From: Bacteroidota bacterium
GTDB taxonomy: Bacteria > Bacteroidota > Bacteroidia > NS11-12g > UBA955
Assembly (NCBI GenBank): GCA_018333525.1
Contig: JAGXTF010000076.1
Coordinates: forward strand, 57,424-121,423
Reading direction: 5' to 3'
DNA: 64,000 nt
Positions 37,228-46,809 of the stretch are shown one piece after another. The notes under the pieces were generated by a model. The model saw only the letters and a list, made by a program, of their open reading frames with translations, searched no databases and was not told the DNA's origin. Positions within the stretch are counted from its first letter, which is position 1. Each line of letters begins with the position of its first letter. The position numbers and the translations under genes are program-made.

Positions 37228-39467
37228 TCATGCTGACCCTTGGCCTGATCCTTTGCGGTCAGGTCCTGGGCCAGAATACCGCCCGTGGAAGGGTGGTTCT
37301 GGACAGCAACGGCAAACAATCCGGGATAGTTGGTGTACCCGTTTTTATTACTGAAACCGGAGAACAAACAAAAACCGATACCGGTGGGTATTTTAGTTTT
37401 TCCACTTCGGGGAAAAATAAACTTACCCTGGTGGCAAAATTTGCCTCCGGTGATACCAGCATTTTTCTATACGAAACTTTAGGAAATGCTTTCCCCGTGC
37501 TCGTAAAATCTGCAGAACAAATGCGGGCAATCCGGATTAAAGTGGAGAAAGCCGGCACCCAAATACAATCTCATGGAATTCGAAAAATTGAAGTACTGAA
37601 TGAAGGAGAATTTAAGAAAGCAGCATGTTGTACTTTGAGTGAAAGTTTTGAAACCAATAACACCGTGGAAGTAAGCAATGCAGACGGTGTTTCCGGAATT
37701 CGACAGGTAGAAATGTTAGGATTGGCAGGTAAATATGTATTAATGACCAGAGATAATATGCCATTTATCCGTGGACTGAATGTTCTTACAGGTCTCAGTC
37801 ATATACCCGGGCCAATGGTTGGTGGAGTTCATATTGCCAAAGGTGCCGGATCCGTAACCAATGGATATGAAGGTATAACGGGAGGTCTCAATTATGCATT
37901 AAAAACAGACCCAAAAGACCCGCGTGTATTTATTAATGGTTATGTAAATTCTCAGGCCAGAAGTGAGGGTAATTTGATACTCAAACAGAATCTGAATAAA
38001 CGCACTTTCAATCATCTGTATCTGCATTATGGAAATCAGTTTCTGGCGTTTGACAAAGGGAAAGATGGATTCTCTGATTTGCCAATATACAATCGAATTT
38101 CAGTTGGTGATCAATTGAATTTTTTTGGAGATAAATTAGAAGGACAATTCGGAATTACTCATGTTCAGGAAAAGCGTGAAGGAGGTGATATCCGCAACTT
38201 TAATGGCTCCAATGAAAGTGGTCTTTTTAAATTTAACATGCAGGAAGACCATACGGAAGCCTTTGGAAAAGTGGGAATATTTCTCAATAAATCCGGAACC
38301 AAAAGTTTTGGAAATATATTCTATTATAACCGTACTAAAAGTTCGGCAAATTTGAATAATTTATTGGGCAGGACTTACGATGGAACACAAAATACCTGGA
38401 GCTATACAGGTTTATATGGAAGTCCGGATAGTGAAAAATGGAGTATTAAAGCAGGTGTAAATATGTTACTGGATTTGGTTGAGGAAAATTACAATGACAG
38501 CTTTAAAAGCCAATATAGTCCGGAACGAAAAGAATTAGATGCCGGCGGTTTTGGAGAACTTGTATTTAAGAATGAAAAAATATCTGCAGTATTCGGTGCC
38601 CGTGTAGACTGGAATAATTTATACGGAATTTTATTTACGCCTAGATTTCATTTTAAATATGAAATCAGCCAACAACAACAAGTCCATTTCCAAATGGGAC
38701 TAGGTCGCAGAACTCCCTGGATTTTTGCCGAAAATTTGCCATTATTTATCAGCAACAGAGCACTAATTGTGCCTTCCATGGATAGCAGTTCTGCAGGGGT
38801 AAAACGAGCTTATAATTTACCCCAGGAAGTTGCCTGGAACGGTGGAGGCAGTTATACATGGCATATGAACTTCTTGCGCTTCCCATCTACATTTAGTGTG
38901 GATGCCTTTTACACGTATTTTTTAAACCAAATGGTAGCAGACCGGGATTCGGACCCAAGTAAAATCGTTCTGGAGAATAAGAGCGGCAATTTTACTTATT
39001 TGGCACAGGCAGAGTGGATGTTTAAACTACACAGAAGGCTGGATGTAAAGATGTCTTACCGCTATGTAAATTCACAAATGTATTTTGGAATTGTACGCAG
39101 GTTGCAAACGCAACAGTCACCACACCGGGCACTGTTGGTAGTGAATTACAGCACCAGAAATAAATGGTTATTTGATCTGATAACACAGGTTAATAGTCCT
39201 AAAAGATTGCCTGTTACGAGTACTTTGCCGGAATTGGCTCAGATGCCATCACAGGGACCATGGTATACGATTTTAAACTTTCAGGTGAGAAAAGAAATTA
39301 AGAGCTGGGAGTTCTATACAGGTTGCGAAAACATTTTAAATGTTTTTCAAACCAATCCTGTTTTAAATTATACCGGACCAGGGCGGCAGTATTTTGATGC
39401 GGGCTTTGCCTGGGGCCCAACCATGGGTAGAAATTTCGTATTCGGTTTCCGATATTCTTTTAAATAA
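37212..39467 (+). CDS. TonB-dependent outer-membrane receptor with an N-terminal carboxypeptidase-regulatory-like domain.
   Basis: Signal peptide present. CarboxypepD_reg-like 'RGRVVLDSNGKQSGIVGVPVFITETGEQTKTDTGGYFSF'. Plug/barrel features and a C-terminal aromatic residue. Confidence 0.7.
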   Translation: MYRSLIMLTLGLILCGQVLGQNTARGRVVLDSNGKQSGIVGVPVFITETGEQTKTDTGGYFSFSTSGKNKLTLVAKFASGDTSIFLYETLGNAFPVLVKSAEQMRAIRIKVEKAGTQIQSHGIRKIEVLNEGEFKKAACCTLSESFETNNTVEVSNADGVSGIRQVEMLGLAGKYVLMTRDNMPFIRGLNVLTGLSHIPGPMVGGVHIAKGAGSVTNGYEGITGGLNYALKTDPKDPRVFINGYVNSQARSEGNLILKQNLNKRTFNHLYLHYGNQFLAFDKGKDGFSDLPIYNRISVGDQLNFFGDKLEGQFGITHVQEKREGGDIRNFNGSNESGLFKFNMQEDHTEAFGKVGIFLNKSGTKSFGNIFYYNRTKSSANLNNLLGRTYDGTQNTWSYTGLYGSPDSEKWSIKAGVNMLLDLVEENYNDSFKSQYSPERKELDAGGFGELVFKNEKISAVFGARVDWNNLYGILFTPRFHFKYEISQQQQVHFQMGLGRRTPWIFAENLPLFISNRALIVPSMDSSSAGVKRAYNLPQEVAWNGGGSYTWHMNFLRFPSTFSVDAFYTYFLNQMVADRDSDPSKIVLENKSGNFTYLAQAEWMFKLHRRLDVKMSYRYVNSQMYFGIVRRLQTQQSPHRALLVVNYSTRNKWLFDLITQVNSPKRLPVTSTLPELAQMPSQGPWYTILNFQVRKEIKSWEFYTGCENILNVFQTNPVLNYTGPGRQYFDAGFAWGPTMGRNFVFGFRYSFK

Positions 39468-39479
39468 GCCATGGCAAAA

Positions 39480-39800
39480 TCAGATAATTTTATGCATCAG
39501 CACAACCGGATTTATGGGTTTGTGATAAATAAAACAATCTTGCCAGGATTTAAGAATATCAGGTAAATACAATTCTATAATTTTTTGAAAATCCCGGAAT
39601 TCCTCCTGATCCAAAGGTTGAATTCCGGGAATATTGATACGTAGATTTTCAGAGTGAATACCATTCTGAAACTCTATTTTTATTTTGGAAATGCGATTTT
39701 CAAAACCGGCGTATACATGCAATGGAGTGGGATCTTCAAGAAACAGAAAAAGTTTTAATCCATAATAATCAAACAATACAATTCGGTTAGAAACATCCAT
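39480..39800 (-). CDS. Hypothetical protein (106 aa).
   Basis: ORF only, with no recognisable motifs. Confidence 0.3.
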   Translation of the reverse strand: MDVSNRIVLFDYYGLKLFLFLEDPTPLHVYAGFENRISKIKIEFQNGIHSENLRINIPGIQPLDQEEFRDFQKIIELYLPDILKSWQDCFIYHKPINPVVLMHKII

Positions 39801-39829
39801 GGAATAGGTACTATTTTAAATGAATATTT

Positions 39830-40588
39830 TCATTTTTTATTGAAATGATTCAAAATATAATTGCTTAATAATTCATAAATTTTCGCATATTCTGAATCGT
39901 TTTTTAGCATCTGCATGTGTCTTTCAATAGTGGCTATATCGCCTCTTTTAGCTGGTCCCGTCTGGGCTTCATCGGCATGTAGAAATTCCAGTTTTCTTAC
40001 TGTTTGTTGCATCAATGGCAATAAAACATCTTGTGGAAGTGCAGCTTTTTTGGAGAGATTTTCGGCAATTCCGTACATGGCGTTGGTAAAATTATTTGCG
40101 AAAACTGCAGCCAAATGAATGGCCTTTCTTTGATCGGAATCTGCCTCCATACCCCGGGCACCAAATGCTGCAACAATTTCAAAAAGCGCTTCCAGCAACT
40201 CCTCGTCGCTGGTTTCAATTAATACAGGAAGTCCAATCCAATTTACACGAATTCCGGTACTGAACGTTTGCAACGGATAAAATACACCGCGATCAGAATT
40301 TTTTAATTCATTTATTTCAACGGCACCTGCTGTATGTACCGTATAACATCCCGATTTCAGGAAATAAGATTCTGTTTCAGCAATATGGGAATCCGGAACT
40401 GTAATAAACACAATGGAATTTCTTGCCGGCTGATCAGTCCCATATCTGCACCAACGCACGGATGATGGCAGATTTTGAGGTTCTGATCTGGAGTAAATGC
40501 CACTAACATGAATTCGATGTTGTTCAAATTCTCTTAAAAGAGAAGATCCTAAATTTCCGTTTCCGCAGATGTAAATATTATTTTTCAT
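39830..40588 (-). CDS. Rossmann-fold NAD(P)-binding protein (DUF2520 / ketopantoate-reductase-like).
   Basis: 'MKNNIYICGNGNLGSSL' dinucleotide-binding N-terminus. The start is placed at the internal ATG (40588), which overlaps the ccmF stop as ATGA. Confidence 0.45.
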   Translation of the reverse strand: MKNNIYICGNGNLGSSLLREFEQHRIHVSGIYSRSEPQNLPSSVRWCRYGTDQPARNSIVFITVPDSHIAETESYFLKSGCYTVHTAGAVEINELKNSDRGVFYPLQTFSTGIRVNWIGLPVLIETSDEELLEALFEIVAAFGARGMEADSDQRKAIHLAAVFANNFTNAMYGIAENLSKKAALPQDVLLPLMQQTVRKLEFLHADEAQTGPAKRGDIATIERHMQMLKNDSEYAKIYELLSNYILNHFNKK

Positions 40589-43209
40589 GGGGATTTCATG
40601 GATCGCAATTGCTTTAACCTGTAAACCACTGCCATCGCAAATCCCAAAACCATAATAATCGTACCCGCCCAAACCAGATTGATCCAGGGAAATACAATGG
40701 CCTTTAATACCACATATTTTTTTCTCGGACTTCGCTCAGCAACCAATGTCTGAAATGTTCCGTTTTTTTGATCTGTAAATACACCTCCCATTTTCAGCAA
40801 TACCCCAATCTCATCAGATTGATCTGTCACGGATTCCTCCTGATTGCTTATGGTATCTCTAAGATACAAAGGATGCAGTGTAGCTGAATCCGTTAGATTT
40901 TTTGCCGTTACAGAGAATTTAAGTACCAGATAACTTTTAAATCTATGTTTGGAAACTGAATCCAAACGAAGCATTATTTTTCCTGAATTGGATAGAAATT
41001 TCTCACCTCTGGAAATGGTATCATTTTTAAATCCGGCAAAGGGTTCATCCCTGTCCATGCTGCTTTCATGGTTTACATGGGTAAACACATCCTTGTAAAT
41101 ATAATGCCTGGTGGAAGGTTCATTTATCAATCCCATATTGGGATTTTTTTGTGTTTTTGGCCAGAGGGTAAAGCTGTCTTTTATTCCACCATTATCATCT
41201 CTTTTAACAAATAAAATATTGAAATAATTGCTGATGGAATCCACTCCTTCTCCCCTTTTGGTTCCTCTGTACATGGCCTCATACCCGTTCAAAACAACCG
41301 GCTCCCCCAAGTACAGAATTCTGTTTTCTCTGTTGAATTTAATTCCCGCAGTATTTACCTGGCCATTTCTATCCATTTCATTGGCCATGTCTATGCCTTC
41401 TCTGGTACCTGTCAAAACATTTTGATTCACAGAGGACACCAATACTCCAATGAGTAAAATTCCGAAACCGGTATGGGCTGTAGAAGCACCGTATCCCAGC
41501 CATGGCATATTTTTCTGTCGGCCGAAATACATGATATTCCCGGTTACCAAAACCACCCCTAAGAACAGGAAAAGAATATATTTGAATTCTTTAATTTCAA
41601 ATGCAAAAACCAGTATAGCGCCTAATACCAGAGAAATTATTCCGTTTCTGAGGAGAATTCTGAATAAATCTTTTTTAGGTGTTTCCCTATACCGAAACCA
41701 CTGCCCTATTCCCATCAAAAGCATTACAGGCATTGCCAGCCAAATCTGAACTCTGTTATACGCATCTGCTTTTGGAACTGCAGTATTTCCTGAAAAAACC
41801 TTATTAAAAACCGGAATAGATGTAGCTGAAAATACCTGAACCAGAGATAGAATTAAAAACATGGAACCAACGAACATCCATAATTCCCTGCTTGTCCATT
41901 TTTCGTCTTCACCTTCTTTAACCGTGCGTTTATAAAGCAATAATAATATAGCTCCCATTAAAGAAAAGAACAAAACAATATTGGTATAATGGAGAAATCC
42001 ATCCAGAGATTTTTGAGTTTCCGGATTAAAAACAAACGCCATAAATATCAGTAACGTGATCCATCCAAAAAAAGCACCAATTACAATATTTCTGGCTTTT
42101 TGCTTTGCAATCACAACCAACAAACTGATCAATAAAAACAGAAACAAAAACAGCAATAATTGTCCGCTCAATTTTAAATCCGTAAATGAATGTACACTGG
42201 TTTCACCCAATATTCCGCTTCGGGTTAAAAAGGTGGCATATAATACCAGCCAAAAACTCAGTTGAATCAATAAATGTGCTGCAAATAAATGTCTTCCTGT
42301 ACTTCTGGTTATCAGCAGCATATGTGCACCGGAAGCCATTATTAACCAGGGCATTAAACTTGCGTTTTCCACCGGATCCCAGGCCCAGTATCCTCCAAAA
42401 GTCAAACTTTCATAAGCCCAAAATCCGCCCATAATAATTCCACCACCAAGTATTCCCACACCTACCAAACTCCACACCATTGCATGGTTTACCCATTGTC
42501 TGTCTTTACGCATCCACAGTCCTGCAACGCTATATGCAAAAGGAACCAACGTGGAAGCAAATCCCAGGAATAAGGTTGGTGGATGTATCACCATCCAATA
42601 ATTCTGCAGAAGGGGATTTAATCCGTTGCCATCGGTAATCATTTTGAGGTACATCGCTTTACCACTCGCCATGGGAATTCCTGCTAAAATTTCTGGCTTT
42701 TGAATGCGCAACAGATCAAATGGATTGCTTCCAATATGTGTTCCAGAATCGTTTAATTTTAAACCTATCAGCATGGTTGCCAATGCGACCTGAGCCAGAC
42801 AAATTATGGCCATTACCGGACTTTCCCATTCGCCTGCTGTTTTAGCTACGATTATTCCCAACACAGCATTCCAGAACATCCAAAGCAAAAAGCTTCCTTC
42901 CTGACCTTCCCAAAAACAGGAAATCATGTAATAAACGGGAAGCGAATTGCTACTATGTCTCCATGCATAATAATATTCATATTTATGCAGAAAAATAATG
43001 CTGAAAAGAAGAACAAAAATGGAAACAACAGAGAATGCCTGTATATAGAAAATTTTGCGTCCCAGATTCCGAAACTCTTCGGTTTTTTTGTTAGCTGATT
43101 GGAAATAAAACCAACCTGAAGTAAGCGCTGCAATGAGCGCCATAACAACCATAACATTTCCGAGGTTGCCTATCCAAAGACTTTCGTTTAAAAATTTAAC
43201 CGATTCCAA
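40585..43209 (-). CDS. ccmF: Cytochrome c-type biogenesis heme lyase CcmF-like (WWD domain) with an extended C-terminal periplasmic region.
   Basis: WWD signature 'GGYWAWDPVENASLMPWLI' (compare CcmF 'GGWWFWDPVENASFMPW'). Conserved His-containing loop 'IHPPTLFLG'. About 15 TM segments. Confidence 0.8.
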   Translation of the reverse strand: MESVKFLNESLWIGNLGNVMVVMALIAALTSGWFYFQSANKKTEEFRNLGRKIFYIQAFSVVSIFVLLFSIIFLHKYEYYYAWRHSSNSLPVYYMISCFWEGQEGSFLLWMFWNAVLGIIVAKTAGEWESPVMAIICLAQVALATMLIGLKLNDSGTHIGSNPFDLLRIQKPEILAGIPMASGKAMYLKMITDGNGLNPLLQNYWMVIHPPTLFLGFASTLVPFAYSVAGLWMRKDRQWVNHAMVWSLVGVGILGGGIIMGGFWAYESLTFGGYWAWDPVENASLMPWLIMASGAHMLLITRSTGRHLFAAHLLIQLSFWLVLYATFLTRSGILGETSVHSFTDLKLSGQLLLFLFLFLLISLLVVIAKQKARNIVIGAFFGWITLLIFMAFVFNPETQKSLDGFLHYTNIVLFFSLMGAILLLLYKRTVKEGEDEKWTSRELWMFVGSMFLILSLVQVFSATSIPVFNKVFSGNTAVPKADAYNRVQIWLAMPVMLLMGIGQWFRYRETPKKDLFRILLRNGIISLVLGAILVFAFEIKEFKYILFLFLGVVLVTGNIMYFGRQKNMPWLGYGASTAHTGFGILLIGVLVSSVNQNVLTGTREGIDMANEMDRNGQVNTAGIKFNRENRILYLGEPVVLNGYEAMYRGTKRGEGVDSISNYFNILFVKRDDNGGIKDSFTLWPKTQKNPNMGLINEPSTRHYIYKDVFTHVNHESSMDRDEPFAGFKNDTISRGEKFLSNSGKIMLRLDSVSKHRFKSYLVLKFSVTAKNLTDSATLHPLYLRDTISNQEESVTDQSDEIGVLLKMGGVFTDQKNGTFQTLVAERSPRKKYVVLKAIVFPWINLVWAGTIIMVLGFAMAVVYRLKQLRSMKSP

Positions 43210-43241
43210 AAAAGAAACTATTTATTAAGTACGTCATCTGT

Positions 43242-43634
43242 TTATTTTACCGGTGCATCCTCATATTTACTCGGACATTTCATGCTAATTTCCGTTGCCT
43301 GAAAATAATCCCCCTGAGAATGACCAACCAGCATTACTCTTTCACTGCGTTCCATATCCTGTGGTTTTGGGTGGTTGTAAACTACCTTTTTGGTATTGCC
43401 CAAAGTATCCTTTGCAAAAAACACCAATCTGTTTGCATCCTTTTCTGCGTTATACTCCATGGGTTTGCTTTTATCCAACATACATACCACATGAAAATCT
43501 TTACCTGGACTTTCCACCGCCATTTTATCGGCTTCGGGAAAGCTTACATATTTGGTGGTGTTTCCATATAAGGAAACTACGGCTGCAACGCCAAGTCCCG
43601 CTATAATTAATAATACAATATGAAGTGGTTTCAT
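43242..43634 (-). CDS. ccmE: CcmE-like heme chaperone.
   Basis: 130 aa with an N-terminal TM anchor. OB-fold-like region 'FHVVCMLDK...KKVVYNHPKPQDMERSERVMLVGH' with His/Tyr near the C-terminus. It sits between the CcmD-like and CcmF genes. Confidence 0.55.
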   Translation of the reverse strand: MKPLHIVLLIIAGLGVAAVVSLYGNTTKYVSFPEADKMAVESPGKDFHVVCMLDKSKPMEYNAEKDANRLVFFAKDTLGNTKKVVYNHPKPQDMERSERVMLVGHSQGDYFQATEISMKCPSKYEDAPVK

Positions 43635-43843
43635 CCTTTTTCTGCGTTATTTTTTTCGAGTTTTTGAAGGCGTCTGTCCATGCGGAACAAAAAGAAAACG
43701 ATGCCGCAAAAAATAATACTCAACACCAATATTACTACGTTAAATTTTGCATTTCCACGTATAATTTCTCCACTACCTGCAAGGGTTTGAGAAGAAGCGA
43801 TCAGGCATAAAACAAGATAGACAAATGCAATTATTTTTTTCAT
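43631..43843 (-). CDS. ccmD: CcmD-like small membrane protein.
   Basis: 70 aa with a TM helix followed by the basic segment 'RMDRRLQKLEK'. It is translationally coupled on both sides. Confidence 0.4.
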   Translation of the reverse strand: MKKIIAFVYLVLCLIASSQTLAGSGEIIRGNAKFNVVILVLSIIFCGIVFFLFRMDRRLQKLEKNNAEKG

Positions 43844-44898
43844 GATTCCGATTCTGTTCTTTGTAATTCTAATTTTTTATAGCGGTATAAAAGACTTGCC
43901 ATCCAGCAATACATTAAAATACCACCAATTACGGCAGGATAAAACAACATACGCATGGTATTATCCATATCGTATTGTTTAAATGTAACTGTACCGCCCG
44001 CACCCGGATGTAAACTATCGCCTGAAATTCTTGGCATGATAGCTATCAATGCAAGAAAAACTGGATAGATAAACAAGTTATATACTGCGCTCACTCTGGC
44101 TTTTTGATGTTCATCGCGAATTCCGCTTCTCAGTAAAAAATATGCCAAATACATGAGCATACCTATTGCAACTCCATTCAATTTTGGATCTCGCGGCCAA
44201 AAGGAATCCCAGGTGGCGCGGGCCCAAACAGCACCGGTGGCGCAACCTAAAAAACCAATGAGCAATGCAACCCGGATAAGGGAATCGCTTCTTAAATCCA
44301 TATCCAGATTCCCGTTGCGCAAATATCTGATGCTGTAAACTGCTGCAAGGGCGAGTATAAATATCATGGAAAACCAAAGTGGAACATGAAAAAACAGGTT
44401 GCGGATACTCTCGTTTAAAATGGGTCTGTTTGGAAATCCTTTTAGCATATCCGGATCCGCTTGTATGGTCTTAGCTTCCAAAATATCAGACTTCCCAATT
44501 CCGGAATCAGAGGATCCGGAATACACAAAGACAGCGTCTGGAAAGGCCATCCACTGGTCATTGCCTTTTACATAAACCGTAAATGTTTCACCTTCTCCTG
44601 AATTACTTCCCAAAGTTGCCAAAAAATCTGCCCTTATGGTTCCTTCAGGGTTCCATTTATTGGAAACAGCGCGTACTACGCGATTTTTATTTTTTATAAT
44701 GACATCCTGAATTTTGAAATTCTCCCCAAAATTATACATGTCAATGTCCAGTTCAAATGGACTTCCGGATTTTATACTTTCAGGTGAAGCAACCAGTCTA
44801 ACACCGGTTATACCGGTCTTGAGCGGTATCAACATACCACCTATCATTACTGCTGCGGTAAGAAACACTCCCAACCACTTCCACCAGTTTTTTCTCAT
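43840..44898 (-). CDS. ccmC: CcmC-like heme exporter/handling protein with a ~150-aa extra N-terminal periplasmic domain.
   Basis: 'FFHVPLWFSMIF' (HVP motif). Trp-rich loop 'AVWARATWDSFWPRDPKLN'. A second conserved His occurs in 'DSLHPGAGG'. Confidence 0.65.
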   Translation of the reverse strand: MRKNWWKWLGVFLTAAVMIGGMLIPLKTGITGVRLVASPESIKSGSPFELDIDMYNFGENFKIQDVIIKNKNRVVRAVSNKWNPEGTIRADFLATLGSNSGEGETFTVYVKGNDQWMAFPDAVFVYSGSSDSGIGKSDILEAKTIQADPDMLKGFPNRPILNESIRNLFFHVPLWFSMIFILALAAVYSIRYLRNGNLDMDLRSDSLIRVALLIGFLGCATGAVWARATWDSFWPRDPKLNGVAIGMLMYLAYFLLRSGIRDEHQKARVSAVYNLFIYPVFLALIAIMPRISGDSLHPGAGGTVTFKQYDMDNTMRMLFYPAVIGGILMYCWMASLLYRYKKLELQRTESES

Positions 44899-44992
44899 TC
44901 TAGGTTCCGCGAATTTACGTCTGATTTATCTAATTTTTGCACCAATTGCGGGCTATAAACGGCCTGCATCGTTGAAGTGCTCTGAAAAACGG

Positions 44993-46171
44993 TTAATCAA
45001 CGCTGATTCCCGATTTTCTTCGTTTAATTTCTGTTTCAATTAAACGTCTTTCTCTACCCATTTGCCCTGCTACACTACTATTTTCCCTGGCCCTGCGTGT
45101 GAGATATGGAATTACAGCTGTAACCGGTCCATAAGGAACATATTTTGCAACGTTATATCCTGTGTCAGAAAGGTTAAAGCTTATATGGTCGCTCATTCCC
45201 AGCAATTGGCTAAAGTAAATTCGCGGATCTGATGGTGCAATTCCTTTCTGCGCCATCAATCTGGTAAGGTATAAAGAACTTTCCTCATTGTGCGTTCCGG
45301 CACAAATACTCACCTTTTCAATATGCTCCACGCAAAATGCAAGCGCCAGGTCATAATCCCTGTCGCAACTCACTTTATCCGGTTGAATGGGACTGGGATA
45401 ATTCATTTCCATTGCGCGTTCCCTCTCTTTTTCCATATAAGCGCCGCGAACCAATTTAAATCCATGAAAATAATTTCCGGATTCTACTTGTTTCTTTAAA
45501 TACGCAAGCCTGTCGTGGCGGTACATTTGCAAAGTATTATAAACAATTGCACTTTTTCCATTAAACCTTGCCATCATTTCCTCTGTTAAAGCATCAATTG
45601 CGGGTTGTATCCAACTTTCTTCCGCATCAATAAAGAGTTTAACCTGATGGTCATAAGCGCTTTTACATATTTGCTCAAATCGCTGCCTGCTGCGCTGCCA
45701 TTCTGCATTTTCCGCATCGGTTAAATTTGCATTTGCGCTCACTTTTTCCAGCAAGGCAATACGAATAATTCCGGTGGTTTTAAAAACAGAAAAAGGTACG
45801 CGTATGTCTTTCGAGGCAACTTCAATGGTTTTTAAAATTTCGGCACAGGTATGTTCAAATACGGTTTCCGTTTCTTCTCCTTCCACCGAATAATCCAGAA
45901 TAGTGCCGATATGGGATTCGCTTAAATGCGATATTGCAGTTGCTGATTCTTCAATGGTTTCACCACCGCAAAATTGGGCAAAAATGGTATTTTTAATGAT
46001 GCTTTTCATGCCCAAAGCCACAGCAGTTCTGGCTAAAAAGGGTCCTATTTTCAATAGAAAAGGAAAATCAAAAGACTTAAAAAGTAATAGTGCTTTTTTT
46101 AGGGAACGTGTAGATTGGTGTTTGAAAGCTATTGCTGAATTTCCAAAATTCAATGTTTCCGGGTTTGACAT
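44993..46171 (-). CDS. Proline dehydrogenase (monofunctional PRODH).
   Basis: 'IAFKHQSTRSLKKALLLFK...FAQFCGGETIEE...ILDYSVEGEE' is a typical PRODH N-terminus. The protein has a beta8-alpha8 barrel length. Confidence 0.7.
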   Translation of the reverse strand: MSNPETLNFGNSAIAFKHQSTRSLKKALLLFKSFDFPFLLKIGPFLARTAVALGMKSIIKNTIFAQFCGGETIEESATAISHLSESHIGTILDYSVEGEETETVFEHTCAEILKTIEVASKDIRVPFSVFKTTGIIRIALLEKVSANANLTDAENAEWQRSRQRFEQICKSAYDHQVKLFIDAEESWIQPAIDALTEEMMARFNGKSAIVYNTLQMYRHDRLAYLKKQVESGNYFHGFKLVRGAYMEKERERAMEMNYPSPIQPDKVSCDRDYDLALAFCVEHIEKVSICAGTHNEESSLYLTRLMAQKGIAPSDPRIYFSQLLGMSDHISFNLSDTGYNVAKYVPYGPVTAVIPYLTRRARENSSVAGQMGRERRLIETEIKRRKSGISVD

Positions 46172-46428
46172 GAACGGCGCAAATATACTATCAGGTTAAC
46201 TCTCAAAATTCTATTTTAATCACTTTTATCGGTGACTTTATTTTGAATTTTATTTGTATATCTGGATTACCGCATTCCCACTATGCTGGTGGTAAATCAT
46301 AAATCCCAATAAAAGCCATATTTTCGATGTTTTTCAGTAAATAGTTATACCACCTGAATTCCATCCGTTCTTTAAAGGACAAAAAAATCGCATATTTCAT
46401 TTTTCGTTATCCGCTATAGCCTGGACCA

Positions 46429-46809
46429 ATGAAAGCACATGAGCACTTTTTATATACTATTTTGAAATCAAATGTGCACGACAATTGTTATTTTTACAGA
46501 AATTACCCCATGGAAGTATATTATGATACTGTAAGTGTTGCCATAGCCGAATTTGAGCAATCCGGCTTTGAGGCTGAATTTCAAATAGTTAACGACAGCG
46601 TATGTATTGGCGAGGAATGTTGGCTTCCCGAAATGGTAAAAATTGTTAGAATCGGTCGTTATGAAGGCAATTCAGATCCCGGAGATGAAGCAGTTATCTA
46701 CGCACTGGAAACCAACGATGGCAGAAAAGGCTGGCTTCTGAGCAGTTTTGGCCCTTACGCCGATGGCGATGTTAACGATGTTTTGGAGAAAATTCGAATA
46801 TCAAGGTAA
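46429..46809 (+). CDS. Hypothetical cytoplasmic protein (126 aa).
   Basis: ORF only. It converges on the dnaX 3' end. Confidence 0.3.
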   Translation: MKAHEHFLYTILKSNVHDNCYFYRNYPMEVYYDTVSVAIAEFEQSGFEAEFQIVNDSVCIGEECWLPEMVKIVRIGRYEGNSDPGDEAVIYALETNDGRKGWLLSSFGPYADGDVNDVLEKIRISR

